Part shown: in pieces, positions 28,337-38,241 of the stretch
Layout of the letters: each line of letters starts with the position of its first letter
How positions within the stretch are numbered: position 1 is the stretch's first letter
NCBI RefSeq assembly: GCF_004339095.1
Contig: NZ_SMGQ01000013.1
Span: 136,352 to 200,351, forward strand
Length of the DNA stretch: 64,000 nt
Source: Natranaerovirga hydrolytica
Lineage (GTDB): Bacteria > Bacillota > Clostridia > Lachnospirales > DSM-24629
Reading direction: 5' to 3'
Program-made: the position numbers and the translations under genes
The notes under the pieces: generated by a model
What the model saw: the letters and a program-made list of their open reading frames with translations, nothing else
Databases searched by the model: none
Told to the model about the DNA's origin: nothing

Positions 28337-28385
28337 GGGAAGAAAGCAAATAATATATTTGAATAATTTGCTTTCTTTTTTGAAA
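28337..28385 (+). terminator. rho-independent terminator
   Basis: GAAAGCAAA/TTTGCTTTC stem followed by TTTTTT. Confidence 0.6.
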
Positions 28386-28486
28386 CATAACAATAAAACG
28401 ATAATTGACTAGACTTTTTTTTGTAAACTTGTATATTGTGTACAAGTTTATTTCTTTTTGTCTAAAATATGTAGTGGTTATGTTAA

Positions 28487-28515
28487 TTGACGCGTACAAT
28501 TTAGAGGCGTATAAT
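28487..28515 (+). promoter_or_regulatory. sigma-A-type promoter (TTGACG-17-TATAAT) preceded by a 9-N7-9 palindrome
   Basis: -35 at 28487-28492. -10 at 28510-28515. Palindrome AAACTTGTA-N7-TACAAGTTT at 28425-28449. Confidence 0.5.
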
Positions 28516-28564
28516 CATTGTTAGTGCCCATAACATTTAGAATATAACAGAAAGAAGGATTAAG

Positions 28565-29377
28565 ATGAAAAAGGGTTATTCGGGTCCAAAAGCACTAACA
28601 GATTATATCTTAAAGCAAAGCAGAAACAAAGCAAACAAATCTTTTATGATATTGTTGGTACAAGGTATACTTGCTGGGATGTATGTTTCTCTAGGTGCTA
28701 TAGGATATTTTAAAATTGCAGCAAATACAATAGATCCAGGTTTAGGGTCTTTTTTAGGTGCGTTAGTATTCCCATTAGGTATCATAGCAATATTACTTAT
28801 GCAAGCTGAGTTATTTACCAGTGATAGTATGGTAATGATTGCTGTTTATGATAAAAAGACAAAATTTGTTAAAACATTACGCATTTTATCATTGGTTATT
28901 TTTGCCAATATGATTGGTGCAATGTTCATTGCGTTTATGACTCAAGCGTCAGGAATCTTCAATGAACAAGTCATGGGAATGGTAATGGAAAAATCCATTC
29001 AAAAGGTCAATCTGCCCATAGATCAATTGCTAATCAGTGGTATTATGTGTAATATATTGGTTTCTACAGGTGTCTGTTTATCCTATAGTTGTAAAGACGA
29101 AATTGCAAAAATCATTGTGGTTTGGTTTGCCATTACTGTTTTTGTTTTAACAGGTACAGAGCATGTTGTTGCCAATATGTATTATTTATTTACAGCGTAT
29201 TTTGCAGGTGCACAAATATCATTGGCGCAAATTTTTTATAACTTATCCATCGTAGCAGTAGGTAATTTTATAGGCGGAGGCATTATTGTCTCAGGTATTA
29301 ATTATGTGTTAGCATATAAAAATAATGAAAAACCTGAACCAATACAAATGGTAGAACCTAAAGTAAATATATTATAA
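28565..29377 (+). CDS. formate/nitrite transporter (FNT) family channel
   Basis: 270 aa with 6 TM helices. FNT N-terminal pattern. Confidence 0.7.
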   Translation: MKKGYSGPKALTDYILKQSRNKANKSFMILLVQGILAGMYVSLGAIGYFKIAANTIDPGLGSFLGALVFPLGIIAILLMQAELFTSDSMVMIAVYDKKTKFVKTLRILSLVIFANMIGAMFIAFMTQASGIFNEQVMGMVMEKSIQKVNLPIDQLLISGIMCNILVSTGVCLSYSCKDEIAKIIVVWFAITVFVLTGTEHVVANMYYLFTAYFAGAQISLAQIFYNLSIVAVGNFIGGGIIVSGINYVLAYKNNEKPEPIQMVEPKVNIL

Positions 29378-29459
29378 AATAAGGTTATATCCAACTATGA
29401 TAATGCTGCTTAAAAGCATTATTATACTTGGATATAGTTGCAAAAAGAGGTGGAGGCAA

Positions 29460-30422
29460 ATGAAAAAAATAATTGTAGCAAAAGATGGCAGCGGAGATTA
29501 TACAAAAATACAAGAGGCTATTGATTCAACTAGGGACTATAAAGGAAAAGTAGAAATACATCTTAAACAAGGTATTTATAAAGAGAAATTATTTATAGAA
29601 CAGTCTAATGTTGAAATAATAGGAGAAAATAAAACAAATACCATCATAACAAACGATGATTATGGCAAAAAAGAATGGTCAAATAACGAAAAAATGGGCA
29701 CATTTAGATCATACACTGTTTTTATTGGTGGTGATGACTTCAAAGCAAAGAATATTACATTTGAAAATTCATCAGGATGTGGACGCATCGTTGGTCAGGC
29801 AGTTGCAGTCTATGCCAATGGTGACCGATGTGTCTTTGAAGGGTGTTATTTCTTAGGCAGCCAAGATACATTATTTACAGGGCCTCTACCATTAAAAGAA
29901 AAAATACAAGGAGGATTTAAAGGTCCTGGAGAACATTTAGAAAGAAAACCCACTAGACAATTGTATAAGGACTGCTATATAAAAGGCGATATTGATTTTA
30001 TATTTGGTTCAGCTCAAGCAGTGTTTTATAATTGTGAAATAGAATCAGTAGATAGACAGATGAAAGAAAATGGTTATATTACTGCACCGTCTACCCCAGA
30101 AGGTCAAGAGTATGGTTATGTTTTCATAGAATGTAAATTGACCAGCACAGCACAAGCAGAAACTGTTTATTTAGGAAGACCTTGGCGAAATCATGCCAAA
30201 GCAGCATTTATTAATTGTTGGTTGGGAGCCCACATACACAGATTGGGGTGGCATGATTGGGATAAAGAAGATGCCAGAAAAACAGTAGCCTTTGTTGAGT
30301 ATAACAATAAAGGTCCAGGAGCAAATGATAATGCAAGAGCCACTTGGTCTAAAATTTTAACAGAAGATGAAGCCAACGAATACCAAATAGAAAAAACATT
30401 ACCTGTAGAAATGTTAAGGTAA
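29460..30422 (+). CDS. pectinesterase (pectin methylesterase), no signal peptide
   Basis: QAVAV, GCYFLGSQDTLF and DFIFG catalytic motifs. Confidence 0.75.
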   Translation: MKKIIVAKDGSGDYTKIQEAIDSTRDYKGKVEIHLKQGIYKEKLFIEQSNVEIIGENKTNTIITNDDYGKKEWSNNEKMGTFRSYTVFIGGDDFKAKNITFENSSGCGRIVGQAVAVYANGDRCVFEGCYFLGSQDTLFTGPLPLKEKIQGGFKGPGEHLERKPTRQLYKDCYIKGDIDFIFGSAQAVFYNCEIESVDRQMKENGYITAPSTPEGQEYGYVFIECKLTSTAQAETVYLGRPWRNHAKAAFINCWLGAHIHRLGWHDWDKEDARKTVAFVEYNNKGPGANDNARATWSKILTEDEANEYQIEKTLPVEMLR

Positions 30423-30466
30423 AGGTTAAATTAAATAAAATAAACAATAAAGCAAAAACATCTGTA

Positions 30467-30500
30467 GGTTTATAACAAGCAGGTGTTTTTACTTTATAAA
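30467..30500 (+). terminator. rho-independent terminator
   Basis: ACATCTG/CAGGTGT stem followed by TTTTT. Confidence 0.5.
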
Positions 30501-30653
30501 AAAAGAATGAGTTCTTTAAGGGGACTATATGAAATAATAGGACAAAAGACCCATCATTGAATGCATTGCAAAAAGACCAATAACATTTATTGACATAAAA
30601 ATTTAAAAGATATATTATAATTATATTAGACAGTAAAAAAGGAGGGGAGTATT

Positions 30654-31238
30654 TTGACTGGATTTTTTGACAACTTATCAACTGTCCAACAGTTTTTTTA
30701 CTTTGTTGCGATACCTTCAACAGTGATATTGATTATCCAAACCATTATGACTGTGTTTGGATTGTCTGAAGGAGATGACTTTGAAGTTGGAGAAACGGCA
30801 GAAGATATGGATGGCAGCGCTGATTTTAGATTTTTTTCTGTTAGAGGATTAGTGGCTTTTTTCACTATCTTTGGCTGGGTAGGCATCGTTTTAAGTGAGC
30901 AGAACGTGCCGGTTATGTTGAATCTGTTAATCTCTTTAGTGGCAGGTCTGATTGCTATGGTTCTCGTAGGTTATTTATTTCATAGCATTAACAAACTGCA
31001 ATCTAATGGTAGTATAACACTAAAAAATGCCATTGGTCGAACAGGTGAAGTCTACATACCTATTCCACCTAACAGAAAAGGAATAGGAAAGATACAATTG
31101 CTAATGCAGGAAAGGTATATTGAAGTAGATGCTATAACAGATGATAGCAAACAATTAAAAACAGGATCAGTTGTAGAGGTAATTGACTTATTAAATGTAA
31201 ATACAGTAATTGTACGAGGTTATAACAATGGTAAGTAA
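30654..31238 (+). CDS. NfeD-family membrane protein (TTG start)
   Basis: N-terminal TM helices and a C-terminal OB-fold. Immediately upstream of the flotillin gene. Confidence 0.6.
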   Translation: MTGFFDNLSTVQQFFYFVAIPSTVILIIQTIMTVFGLSEGDDFEVGETAEDMDGSADFRFFSVRGLVAFFTIFGWVGIVLSEQNVPVMLNLLISLVAGLIAMVLVGYLFHSINKLQSNGSITLKNAIGRTGEVYIPIPPNRKGIGKIQLLMQERYIEVDAITDDSKQLKTGSVVEVIDLLNVNTVIVRGYNNGK

Positions 31239-31294
31239 GTTGACTTACTACTCAAAATGATAATTATAATAAAAATAAGAAGGAGATTCTAATC

Positions 31295-32707
31295 ATGCCA
31301 AGTGGAATTATATTAGTAACAGTTATTGTTGTATTAATTTTTGGAACGTTGATGGCATTATTAACACGATACAAAAAATGCCCATCAGATAAAGTAATGG
31401 TCATTTATGGTAAAGTAGGTAGAAGTGGTGAGGGTACAGAAAGAAGTTCAAAATGTGTTCATGGTGGTGCGGCATTTATTTGGCCCGTTTTTCAGTTTTA
31501 CGAATTTTTAGACCTGACACCTATGTCTATAGAAGTTAATCTTAGAAATGCATTAAGTAAACAAAATATTCGTGTGGATGTGCCGTCACGTTTTACAGTG
31601 GGGATTTCTACTGAACCAGGTGTGATGCAAAATGCAGCTGAACGTTTATTAGGTTTACCATTACAAGAAATTCAAGAGTTAGCAAGGGATATTATTTTTG
31701 GTCAATTGCGTTTGGTTGTAGCAACAATGGATATAGAAGAAATTAATACAGATAGAGATAAGTTTTTATCTGCAGTATCAGCAAATGTAGAATCAGAGTT
31801 AAAGAAAATAGGTTTAAGACTGATTAATGTTAATGTAACGGATATTAATGATGAATCAGGCTATATCGAAGCATTAGGTAAAGAAGCTGCAGCAAAAGCA
31901 ATTAACGATGCTAAAAGAACTGTGGCGGAACAAAATAGAGATGGTTCTATCGGGCAAGCCAACGCAGAAAGAGATCAACGTATTAGAGTGGCTGAAGCCA
32001 ATTCACATGCTATTCAAGGTGAGAATAGTGCCAAAGTAACCATTGCTAATTCGGAATCTGAAAGAAGAGAGCGTGAAGCAGAGGCACTTAAAAAAGCAAC
32101 AGCATCTGAAAAAGTTCAATCTGCAAAAGCATTAGAAGAAGCGTATCTTGCTGAAGAAAATGCTGAAAAAGCTAGAGCCAGTCGAGAAAAAGCAACGAAA
32201 GAAGCCGATGTAATTATTTTAGCAGAAATCGAGCAAAGAAAAGTTGAAATTGAAGCAGAAGCAGAAGCAGAGCAAACAAGAAGAAAAGCAAAAGGGGAAG
32301 CAGACGCTATTTTTGCAAAGATGGAAGCACAAGCACGTGGTGTAGAAGAAATCTTACTAAGACAAGCGAAAGGTTTCAAAGAATTAGTTGAGGCATCAGG
32401 TGGTAATGCTAATGATGCAATACGTTTAATGATTGCAGATAAGATGGAAGACTTAGTTAAAACGCAAGTTGAAGCAGTTAAAAATCTTAAAATTGATAAA
32501 GTTACGGTTTGGGACAATATGGGTGGCAAAGATGGTACCACTTCAACGGCTAATTTCTTATCAGGTATGATGAAATCCATACCACCGATGAAGGATATGT
32601 TTGATATGGCAGGAATGGATTTGCCAGATTATCTTGGAAAAGAAAAACAAAAAGAAAAGGATTCTATAGATGAAGCAATAGAGCCAGAATCTAATCCTAC
32701 TGAATAA
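31295..32707 (+). CDS. flotillin-like SPFH/band-7 protein
   Basis: SPFH domain and a long Ala/Glu-rich coiled coil. Confidence 0.8.
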   Translation: MPSGIILVTVIVVLIFGTLMALLTRYKKCPSDKVMVIYGKVGRSGEGTERSSKCVHGGAAFIWPVFQFYEFLDLTPMSIEVNLRNALSKQNIRVDVPSRFTVGISTEPGVMQNAAERLLGLPLQEIQELARDIIFGQLRLVVATMDIEEINTDRDKFLSAVSANVESELKKIGLRLINVNVTDINDESGYIEALGKEAAAKAINDAKRTVAEQNRDGSIGQANAERDQRIRVAEANSHAIQGENSAKVTIANSESERREREAEALKKATASEKVQSAKALEEAYLAEENAEKARASREKATKEADVIILAEIEQRKVEIEAEAEAEQTRRKAKGEADAIFAKMEAQARGVEEILLRQAKGFKELVEASGGNANDAIRLMIADKMEDLVKTQVEAVKNLKIDKVTVWDNMGGKDGTTSTANFLSGMMKSIPPMKDMFDMAGMDLPDYLGKEKQKEKDSIDEAIEPESNPTE

Positions 32708-32719
32708 ATAAAAAAACAG

Positions 32720-32795
32720 CTATTATCATTGAGTATTGAACCGACCCCCAAAAGTTAGACCTAAAAATCTAACAATTGGAGGTCGGTTTTTTATG
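32720..32795 (+). terminator. compound hairpin terminator
   Basis: ACCGAC...GTCGGT with a nested GTTAGA/TCTAAC stem, then TTTTTT. Confidence 0.5.
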
Positions 32796-32872
32796 GCAAA
32801 ATTTAAGGTTTATTTAAGGATTGGATGATAAAGTTTAACCATAAAATGAAAATACAAATGGAGGTAGTCAAT

Positions 32873-34858
32873 ATGAAGATAACTAAAAAGTATATTCAAT
32901 TATCAATATTATTAATAATAGCAGTTTTATTTTATGGATGTGACAGTGATATTGAAGGTATGATTGATGTTCAAGAAAATGATGTAGAGGAAATCTTAGT
33001 TGAAGATGAAAGCGTCAATAAGGATGAATTTTATGATGAGTCAGATGGGTATAGTGATTGGAGAAATGAGAATCCAATTTATATTAACTTTACAAATAGC
33101 TTAGAGGATATCAATGATTCAGGTATAGAAGTCGACGGTCATACACTCACGATTACTGAAGCAGGTGTATATGTTTTAAGTGGTGAATTAGAAAATGGTC
33201 AGATTGTTGTTAATGAGCAAAATGATGGAGATATCAAATTGGTTTTAAATGGTGTCAAAATTCATAATGAAGACAGTGCAGCAATTCATATTGTAAAAGC
33301 AGGCAAAACAATCATTTCGTTAGAAGAAGGTACAGATAATATAATTTCTGATGGCAGTGTCTATATTGATGAGGAAGATGAGGCAAATGCTACAATCTTT
33401 AGCAAAAGTGATTTGACAATTAATGGAAATGGGAATCTTACGGTTTATGCAAATTATAATAATGGTATCGTTAGCAGAGACAATCTTATTATAACGGGAG
33501 GTAATTTGCACATATTTTCTGCAGACGATGGACTAATGGGTAGAGATTTAGTAGCTATTTATGATGGTATCATTCACATTGAATCTGAGGATGATGGCAT
33601 AAAATCAACAAATGATAACGAAGGCAAAGGACAAATTATTATAGCAGGTGGCACCATTAATATTAATGCCAATGGAGACGGTATACAAGGTGCAGGAGAT
33701 TTATACATTATAGATGGGGAATTCAATATCGTTACAGGTGGTGGCAGTGGCAATTCAGAAGAAAATACAAGTAGTACAAAAGGTATTAAATCAAATACTT
33801 TAATTGGTATTGATGGTGGTGTTCTTAACGTAGACAGTTTAGATGATGCCATTCATAGTGACGGTGATATTGTAATAAATGACGGTGAGATGAATTTAAA
33901 GACAGGGGATGATGGCATTCACGCAGATGGATCTATAGTGATAAATGGTGGTATCATTGATATTTTAGAAAGTTATGAAGGCATTGAAGGTGCAAGTATT
34001 ACCATAACAAATGGAGAAATTTACATTGTTGCCAGTGATGATGGTATTAATGTGGCTGATGGAACAAGTGATATGGCAGAACCAAGAAGGGGTAATCAAA
34101 ATATTCCAGACGATTTAAGACTTATCATTGAAGGAGGGTATATCGTTGTAAATGCCCAAGGTGATGGGATAGATTCCAATGGACACATTGATATGACGGG
34201 TGGCGTTGTTATTGTAAATGGACCGACAGCTCATATGGATAGCGCCATTGATTATGATGGTGTATTTGAAATAAGTGGTGGTACTTTAATTGCTGCAGGA
34301 AGCTCAGGAATGGTAGAAGCACCTTCAGACAGTTCGACACAAAATGCTATTTCAGTCACTTTCTCCACTGTGCAAGAAGCCAATACTTTAATAAATGTAC
34401 AAGATAGTCAAGGTCATTCCATACTTACTTTTGCACCAGAGAAAAACTTTCAAAATGTGGTTATTTCGACAGAAGCATTAGTAGAAACTGAAAGTTACAC
34501 AGTCTATATAGGTGGAACAGTTTCTGGAGAGGATACAAACGGTCTTTATACCAATGAAAGCTATGAAAACGGAAAAGAGTATGTTAGTTTTACATTGTCT
34601 GATACAATTACTTGGCTATCTGAGGAAGGAATAACGACTGGCAATCAACAAGGTAGAATGCCAATGGAAGGAGGCGGTGGCCGTATGAACCAAAGAGAAA
34701 TGCCAGAAGATGAAGCATTTTTTAATAGAGAAGATTTTCCCGATAGGGAAGACATGCCAAAGAATCAAGAATTTGAAAATAATGGTGGCCTTCCTATGAT
34801 GCCAAGAGAAGATCAAAATGAACCTATGAACTTTAACAATAATAGAGACTTTGAATAA
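32873..34858 (+). CDS. DUF4097-like beta-helical repeat lipoprotein (putative adhesin)
   Basis: Lipobox FYGC. Multiple DDGI/GDGI repeats. Low-complexity Met/Pro/Glu/Arg-rich tail. Confidence 0.5.
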   Translation: MKITKKYIQLSILLIIAVLFYGCDSDIEGMIDVQENDVEEILVEDESVNKDEFYDESDGYSDWRNENPIYINFTNSLEDINDSGIEVDGHTLTITEAGVYVLSGELENGQIVVNEQNDGDIKLVLNGVKIHNEDSAAIHIVKAGKTIISLEEGTDNIISDGSVYIDEEDEANATIFSKSDLTINGNGNLTVYANYNNGIVSRDNLIITGGNLHIFSADDGLMGRDLVAIYDGIIHIESEDDGIKSTNDNEGKGQIIIAGGTININANGDGIQGAGDLYIIDGEFNIVTGGGSGNSEENTSSTKGIKSNTLIGIDGGVLNVDSLDDAIHSDGDIVINDGEMNLKTGDDGIHADGSIVINGGIIDILESYEGIEGASITITNGEIYIVASDDGINVADGTSDMAEPRRGNQNIPDDLRLIIEGGYIVVNAQGDGIDSNGHIDMTGGVVIVNGPTAHMDSAIDYDGVFEISGGTLIAAGSSGMVEAPSDSSTQNAISVTFSTVQEANTLINVQDSQGHSILTFAPEKNFQNVVISTEALVETESYTVYIGGTVSGEDTNGLYTNESYENGKEYVSFTLSDTITWLSEEGITTGNQQGRMPMEGGGGRMNQREMPEDEAFFNREDFPDREDMPKNQEFENNGGLPMMPREDQNEPMNFNNNRDFE

Positions 34859-34867
34859 GGAGTTAGA

Positions 34868-34908
34868 CAAAAAATAATGTCCATAAAGTGGCATTATTTT
34901 TTTGTGTA
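34868..34908 (+). terminator. rho-independent terminator
   Basis: AATAATGTC...GCATTATT stem followed by TTTTTTT. Confidence 0.5.
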
Positions 34909-34999
34909 AAAAGTATAAAGAATCCGTATCAGTGAAATCTTAAGAATAGAATTGTAGATAATTTCTAGAAGATATGATTTTAAAAGGAGACCCTGTGAA

Positions 35000-35650
35000 A
35001 TGAAATCTATTCTAAAGGTGATGTTAGGTTTAGCGCTCATAATCGTCGTTACAACAGTTGTTTTTTTAAATCAAAACCAACAGTTTTTATCCAATATAAT
35101 GATCAACACTTTTGAATCAAAAATAATGACAAGTTTAATTATCATCATTCTTTTTTGTGTAAAACCTATTTTTTGTTTTATTCCATACTATATATTATAC
35201 ACTGTTATAGGTTATTTCTTTTCAAAAGGTATAGCTTTGGTATTAATTTATACAGGACTCATTTTAAATCTTACCATTGGTTTTTTATTAGGAAAAAAAT
35301 TAGGCAAAGACTATGTAAGACCTATTATAATGAAATACAAATACTCAAAAAAAGTAATAGAAATTGTAGAAAAAAATGGCGTGCTTAGTTGCTTGATTAT
35401 ACGGTTTTTACCAACACCGCCATCCGATGTTAGCAATATGTTTTTTGGCACAACCAATGTATCATATCATACTTTTTTGATATCTTCATTAATGGGTTTA
35501 ACACCGGGGATTATACCTTTTTTATTTTTAGGAGAAGCCATATCTAACCCATTGAGCGAAAGTGTTATAACAATAAGTATCGTGAGTATTCTAAGTATCA
35601 TGGTTGTGTGTGGCATTGGTTTTATTATAAAAAAGAAATACGTTCATTAA
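35000..35650 (+). CDS. DedA/TVP38-family (VTT domain) membrane protein
   Basis: 216 aa, polytopic. Confidence 0.55.
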   Translation: MKSILKVMLGLALIIVVTTVVFLNQNQQFLSNIMINTFESKIMTSLIIIILFCVKPIFCFIPYYILYTVIGYFFSKGIALVLIYTGLILNLTIGFLLGKKLGKDYVRPIIMKYKYSKKVIEIVEKNGVLSCLIIRFLPTPPSDVSNMFFGTTNVSYHTFLISSLMGLTPGIIPFLFLGEAISNPLSESVITISIVSILSIMVVCGIGFIIKKKYVH

Positions 35651-35804
35651 AGACAGAGAATGACCAAGTTTTTGATGTGTATCTAAAAAAGTAGGATGCC
35701 CTTTTCTGTTGCACTTTGGTGTATAAAATTGACAGATGAATATAAAAAGCGTATATATAAGTAAAGCAGTAGTTGTATATTCAAAAGATGAAAGGGTGAC
35801 AGAC

Positions 35805-36659
35805 ATGAAAGTGATAGACGCACATCTTCATTTTTCTAATAGAGAAGGGTTTAAAAACACAGCAAAAGAAATTGGCCAAGTGGATTACAGTGCAACTGGA
35901 TTAAAAAAATCATTTCAATCAGCTAATATTGTTGCAGGTGTCATAATGGGAACACCAAGTAGAGAAACCAATCAAGTTTATGGTTACCCAGATGAATTTA
36001 TATATGAAGATGGAACATTAGACTGTTTGTTTTCATGTGTAGGTGTTAATTCAGAAAGGTTAATTGAAGATGCTGAAACGGAACTGTTTTATATAGAAGA
36101 AGAACTTAAAAAAGATAAAGTAGTGGGCATAAAAATTTATGCAGGATATTTTCATTATTATGCTTATGATCCAATATATACACCGGTTTATGAATTAGCA
36201 AAAAAATACAATATTCCAGTTGCCATACATTGTGGGGATACCCAATCACCCAGCGGGCTTTTGAAATACGCCCATCCTTTAACCATAGATGAACTGGCTG
36301 TCAACTATTCAGATATTAACTTTATTATATGCCATATAGGTTCGCCTTGGGCTTTAGATGCGGCAGAGGTAATTGCTAAAAATAACAACGTGTATACCGA
36401 TTTATCAGGATTATTGGCAGGTAATGAAAAAGAAGTTAGAAGGATGAAATCAGTAAGATTATTTAGAGAGCATTATCAAAAAGCACTGATCTTTGCAAAT
36501 AGTTATGATAAGGTTTTGTTTGGAACAGATTGGCCTCTTGTGCCCATACAACCTTATGTTGAGTTTGTTCAAAGTCTTATTCCTAAAGAATATTATGAAC
36601 AAGTGTTTTATAAAAATGCTTTAGAGGTGTATTCAAGAATGAAAAAATATATTGATTGA
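35805..36659 (+). CDS. amidohydrolase-family metal-dependent hydrolase
   Basis: N-terminal IDAHLHF metal-binding motif. Confidence 0.6.
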   Translation: MKVIDAHLHFSNREGFKNTAKEIGQVDYSATGLKKSFQSANIVAGVIMGTPSRETNQVYGYPDEFIYEDGTLDCLFSCVGVNSERLIEDAETELFYIEEELKKDKVVGIKIYAGYFHYYAYDPIYTPVYELAKKYNIPVAIHCGDTQSPSGLLKYAHPLTIDELAVNYSDINFIICHIGSPWALDAAEVIAKNNNVYTDLSGLLAGNEKEVRRMKSVRLFREHYQKALIFANSYDKVLFGTDWPLVPIQPYVEFVQSLIPKEYYEQVFYKNALEVYSRMKKYID

Positions 36660-36693
36660 CCTTATGCCTCTTACTAAGGTAAGAGACATAAGA
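36660..36693. repeat. long hairpin CTTATGCCTCTTAC-N4-GTAAGAGACATAAG (family B copy)
   Basis: Inverted repeat with 14-bp arms. Paralogous copies at 48316 and 58587. Confidence 0.55.
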
Positions 36694-36695
36694 CA

Positions 36696-36740
36696 AGTTT
36701 AAAGCCGATAGAATTGGTAATCCTATCGGCTTTAAATATA
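36696..36740. terminator. bidirectional terminator hairpin between convergent genes
   Basis: AAAGCCGATAG/CTATCGGCTTT, 11 bp. Confidence 0.55.
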
Positions 36741-36755
36741 TCATAAGGGGAGAGT

Positions 36756-37361
36756 TTATTGACCATTTTTCAACCAACTTGCAATTTCTACAGTCCGTTT
36801 GGATTGGTGAAAAACAGCGTCTTTGACATCTTCAACCATTCCATTTGGACCAGCAGAAACACTGGTACCATATGGATTACCACCTGCTTTAAAAATAGAA
36901 TCATCTGAATAGCCAGGTGGCACAATGATAGCGCCCCAATGCATCATGGAATCATACAAACTTTTTATTGTTCCTTCTTGCCCGCCATGTGGGTTTTGTG
37001 CAGAGGACATGGCACTAACAACTTTGTTCATTAACTTTCCTTGAGCCCATAAGCCACCTTGTGCGTCAATAAATTGCTTTATCTGTGCAGGAAGATTTCC
37101 AAACCGAGTAGGTGCACTAAAAATAATAGCGTCAGCCCAATCTAAATCTTGGGACGTTGCTTCTGGAATATCTTGAGTCGTGCTCAGGTGTTCTTTCCAA
37201 ACAGGATTTGAATCAATTGCTGATTCTGGAGCTGTTTCTGTCACTTTTAAAAGTCTTACGTCAGCACCATTAGTTTTGGCAGATTCAGCTGCCCATGTCG
37301 CTAATTGATAATTGGTACCCGTCATACTATAATAAATAACACTTAATTTAACTTTTTTCAT
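36756..37361 (-). CDS. wrbA: WrbA-type NAD(P)H:quinone oxidoreductase (flavodoxin-like)
   Basis: N-terminal flavodoxin-like fold (YYSMTGTN). 201 aa. Confidence 0.65.
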   Translation of the reverse strand: MKKVKLSVIYYSMTGTNYQLATWAAESAKTNGADVRLLKVTETAPESAIDSNPVWKEHLSTTQDIPEATSQDLDWADAIIFSAPTRFGNLPAQIKQFIDAQGGLWAQGKLMNKVVSAMSSAQNPHGGQEGTIKSLYDSMMHWGAIIVPPGYSDDSIFKAGGNPYGTSVSAGPNGMVEDVKDAVFHQSKRTVEIASWLKNGQ

Positions 37362-37682
37362 AATAAATGCTCCTTTCTATAATAAATCTGACGATAAAAA
37401 ATGCTAATGCAATACTGGTTAATAATAAGTAATTATATGTAAATTATTACATAATATTCTCGGAGTGTCAAGCTTCTATTATAAAACAATTAAAATCAAA
37501 TAATAATTAATATCTAAAACAGAATTATAAACGATATAATGATAGAGTACAAGTGATTGAATAGAGAAGACTTATGAATAATACAACCAAGATAATCAGA
37601 TAATACAGTAGGTAAAATATATTGCATTAAGAGTAAAAAAGACAATGGTTTCATTGGTTACATCAAAAAAGAGGTGAATGTC

Positions 37683-37961
37683 ATGAAGGATGATAGAGCG
37701 TATAAAGACAGTTATTTAGAAAGATTAAAAACAGATAGAAGTGCTTATGAAAATGATCCTTTAAAAAGTGCTTTAGAAAACAATAAAAATGATTTAGTAA
37801 GTGAGCAAGGTGATTCTGGCATTAAAAATATACAAATGGGAAGAAAAATGTCAAAAATAGAAAAAGAATATTTGATTCGATCACAACGGTTTGATAGAGA
37901 TGAAGAAAATCCAATGTATGATGATGCCCATTCGACTTGGGGCGAACCAGATCATTTTTAA
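37683..37961 (+). CDS. hypothetical small acidic protein
   Basis: 92 aa. RBS AGAGGTG. Confidence 0.35.
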   Translation: MKDDRAYKDSYLERLKTDRSAYENDPLKSALENNKNDLVSEQGDSGIKNIQMGRKMSKIEKEYLIRSQRFDRDEENPMYDDAHSTWGEPDHF

Positions 37962-38241
37962 GGCACCAAAAGTTCTAGAGAGACTGCCTCATATAAAAAA
38001 TAATCACAATGGTTTCTCTAGAGTATTCACATAACTTGGATTAATTTAATTGACTAAGCATTAAATTTGTTTTACCCTTAAAGTAATAATAAGTGTCTAC
38101 ATAAACCATTAAAGTGACAGTTTAAAGAATAGAGACTATATAAGCCTAATGTAACAAGGGTTACTGAATTAAATGTACCATAAGCATAAGATTATAGTAT
38201 GATAATCATTTTCAATACAAACAATAACAAGGAGGTTGCTT

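Noticed and set aside
35155-35388. 77-aa ORF nested in the DedA/VTT gene, together with other internal minus-strand ORFs such as 32116-32580 and 33574-33852.
   Set aside because: They lie in an alternative frame or antisense inside well-supported genes. They are compositionally Lys/Ile or Ser/Ala-rich artefacts of AT-rich or GC-skewed coding sequence, and they have no RBS.
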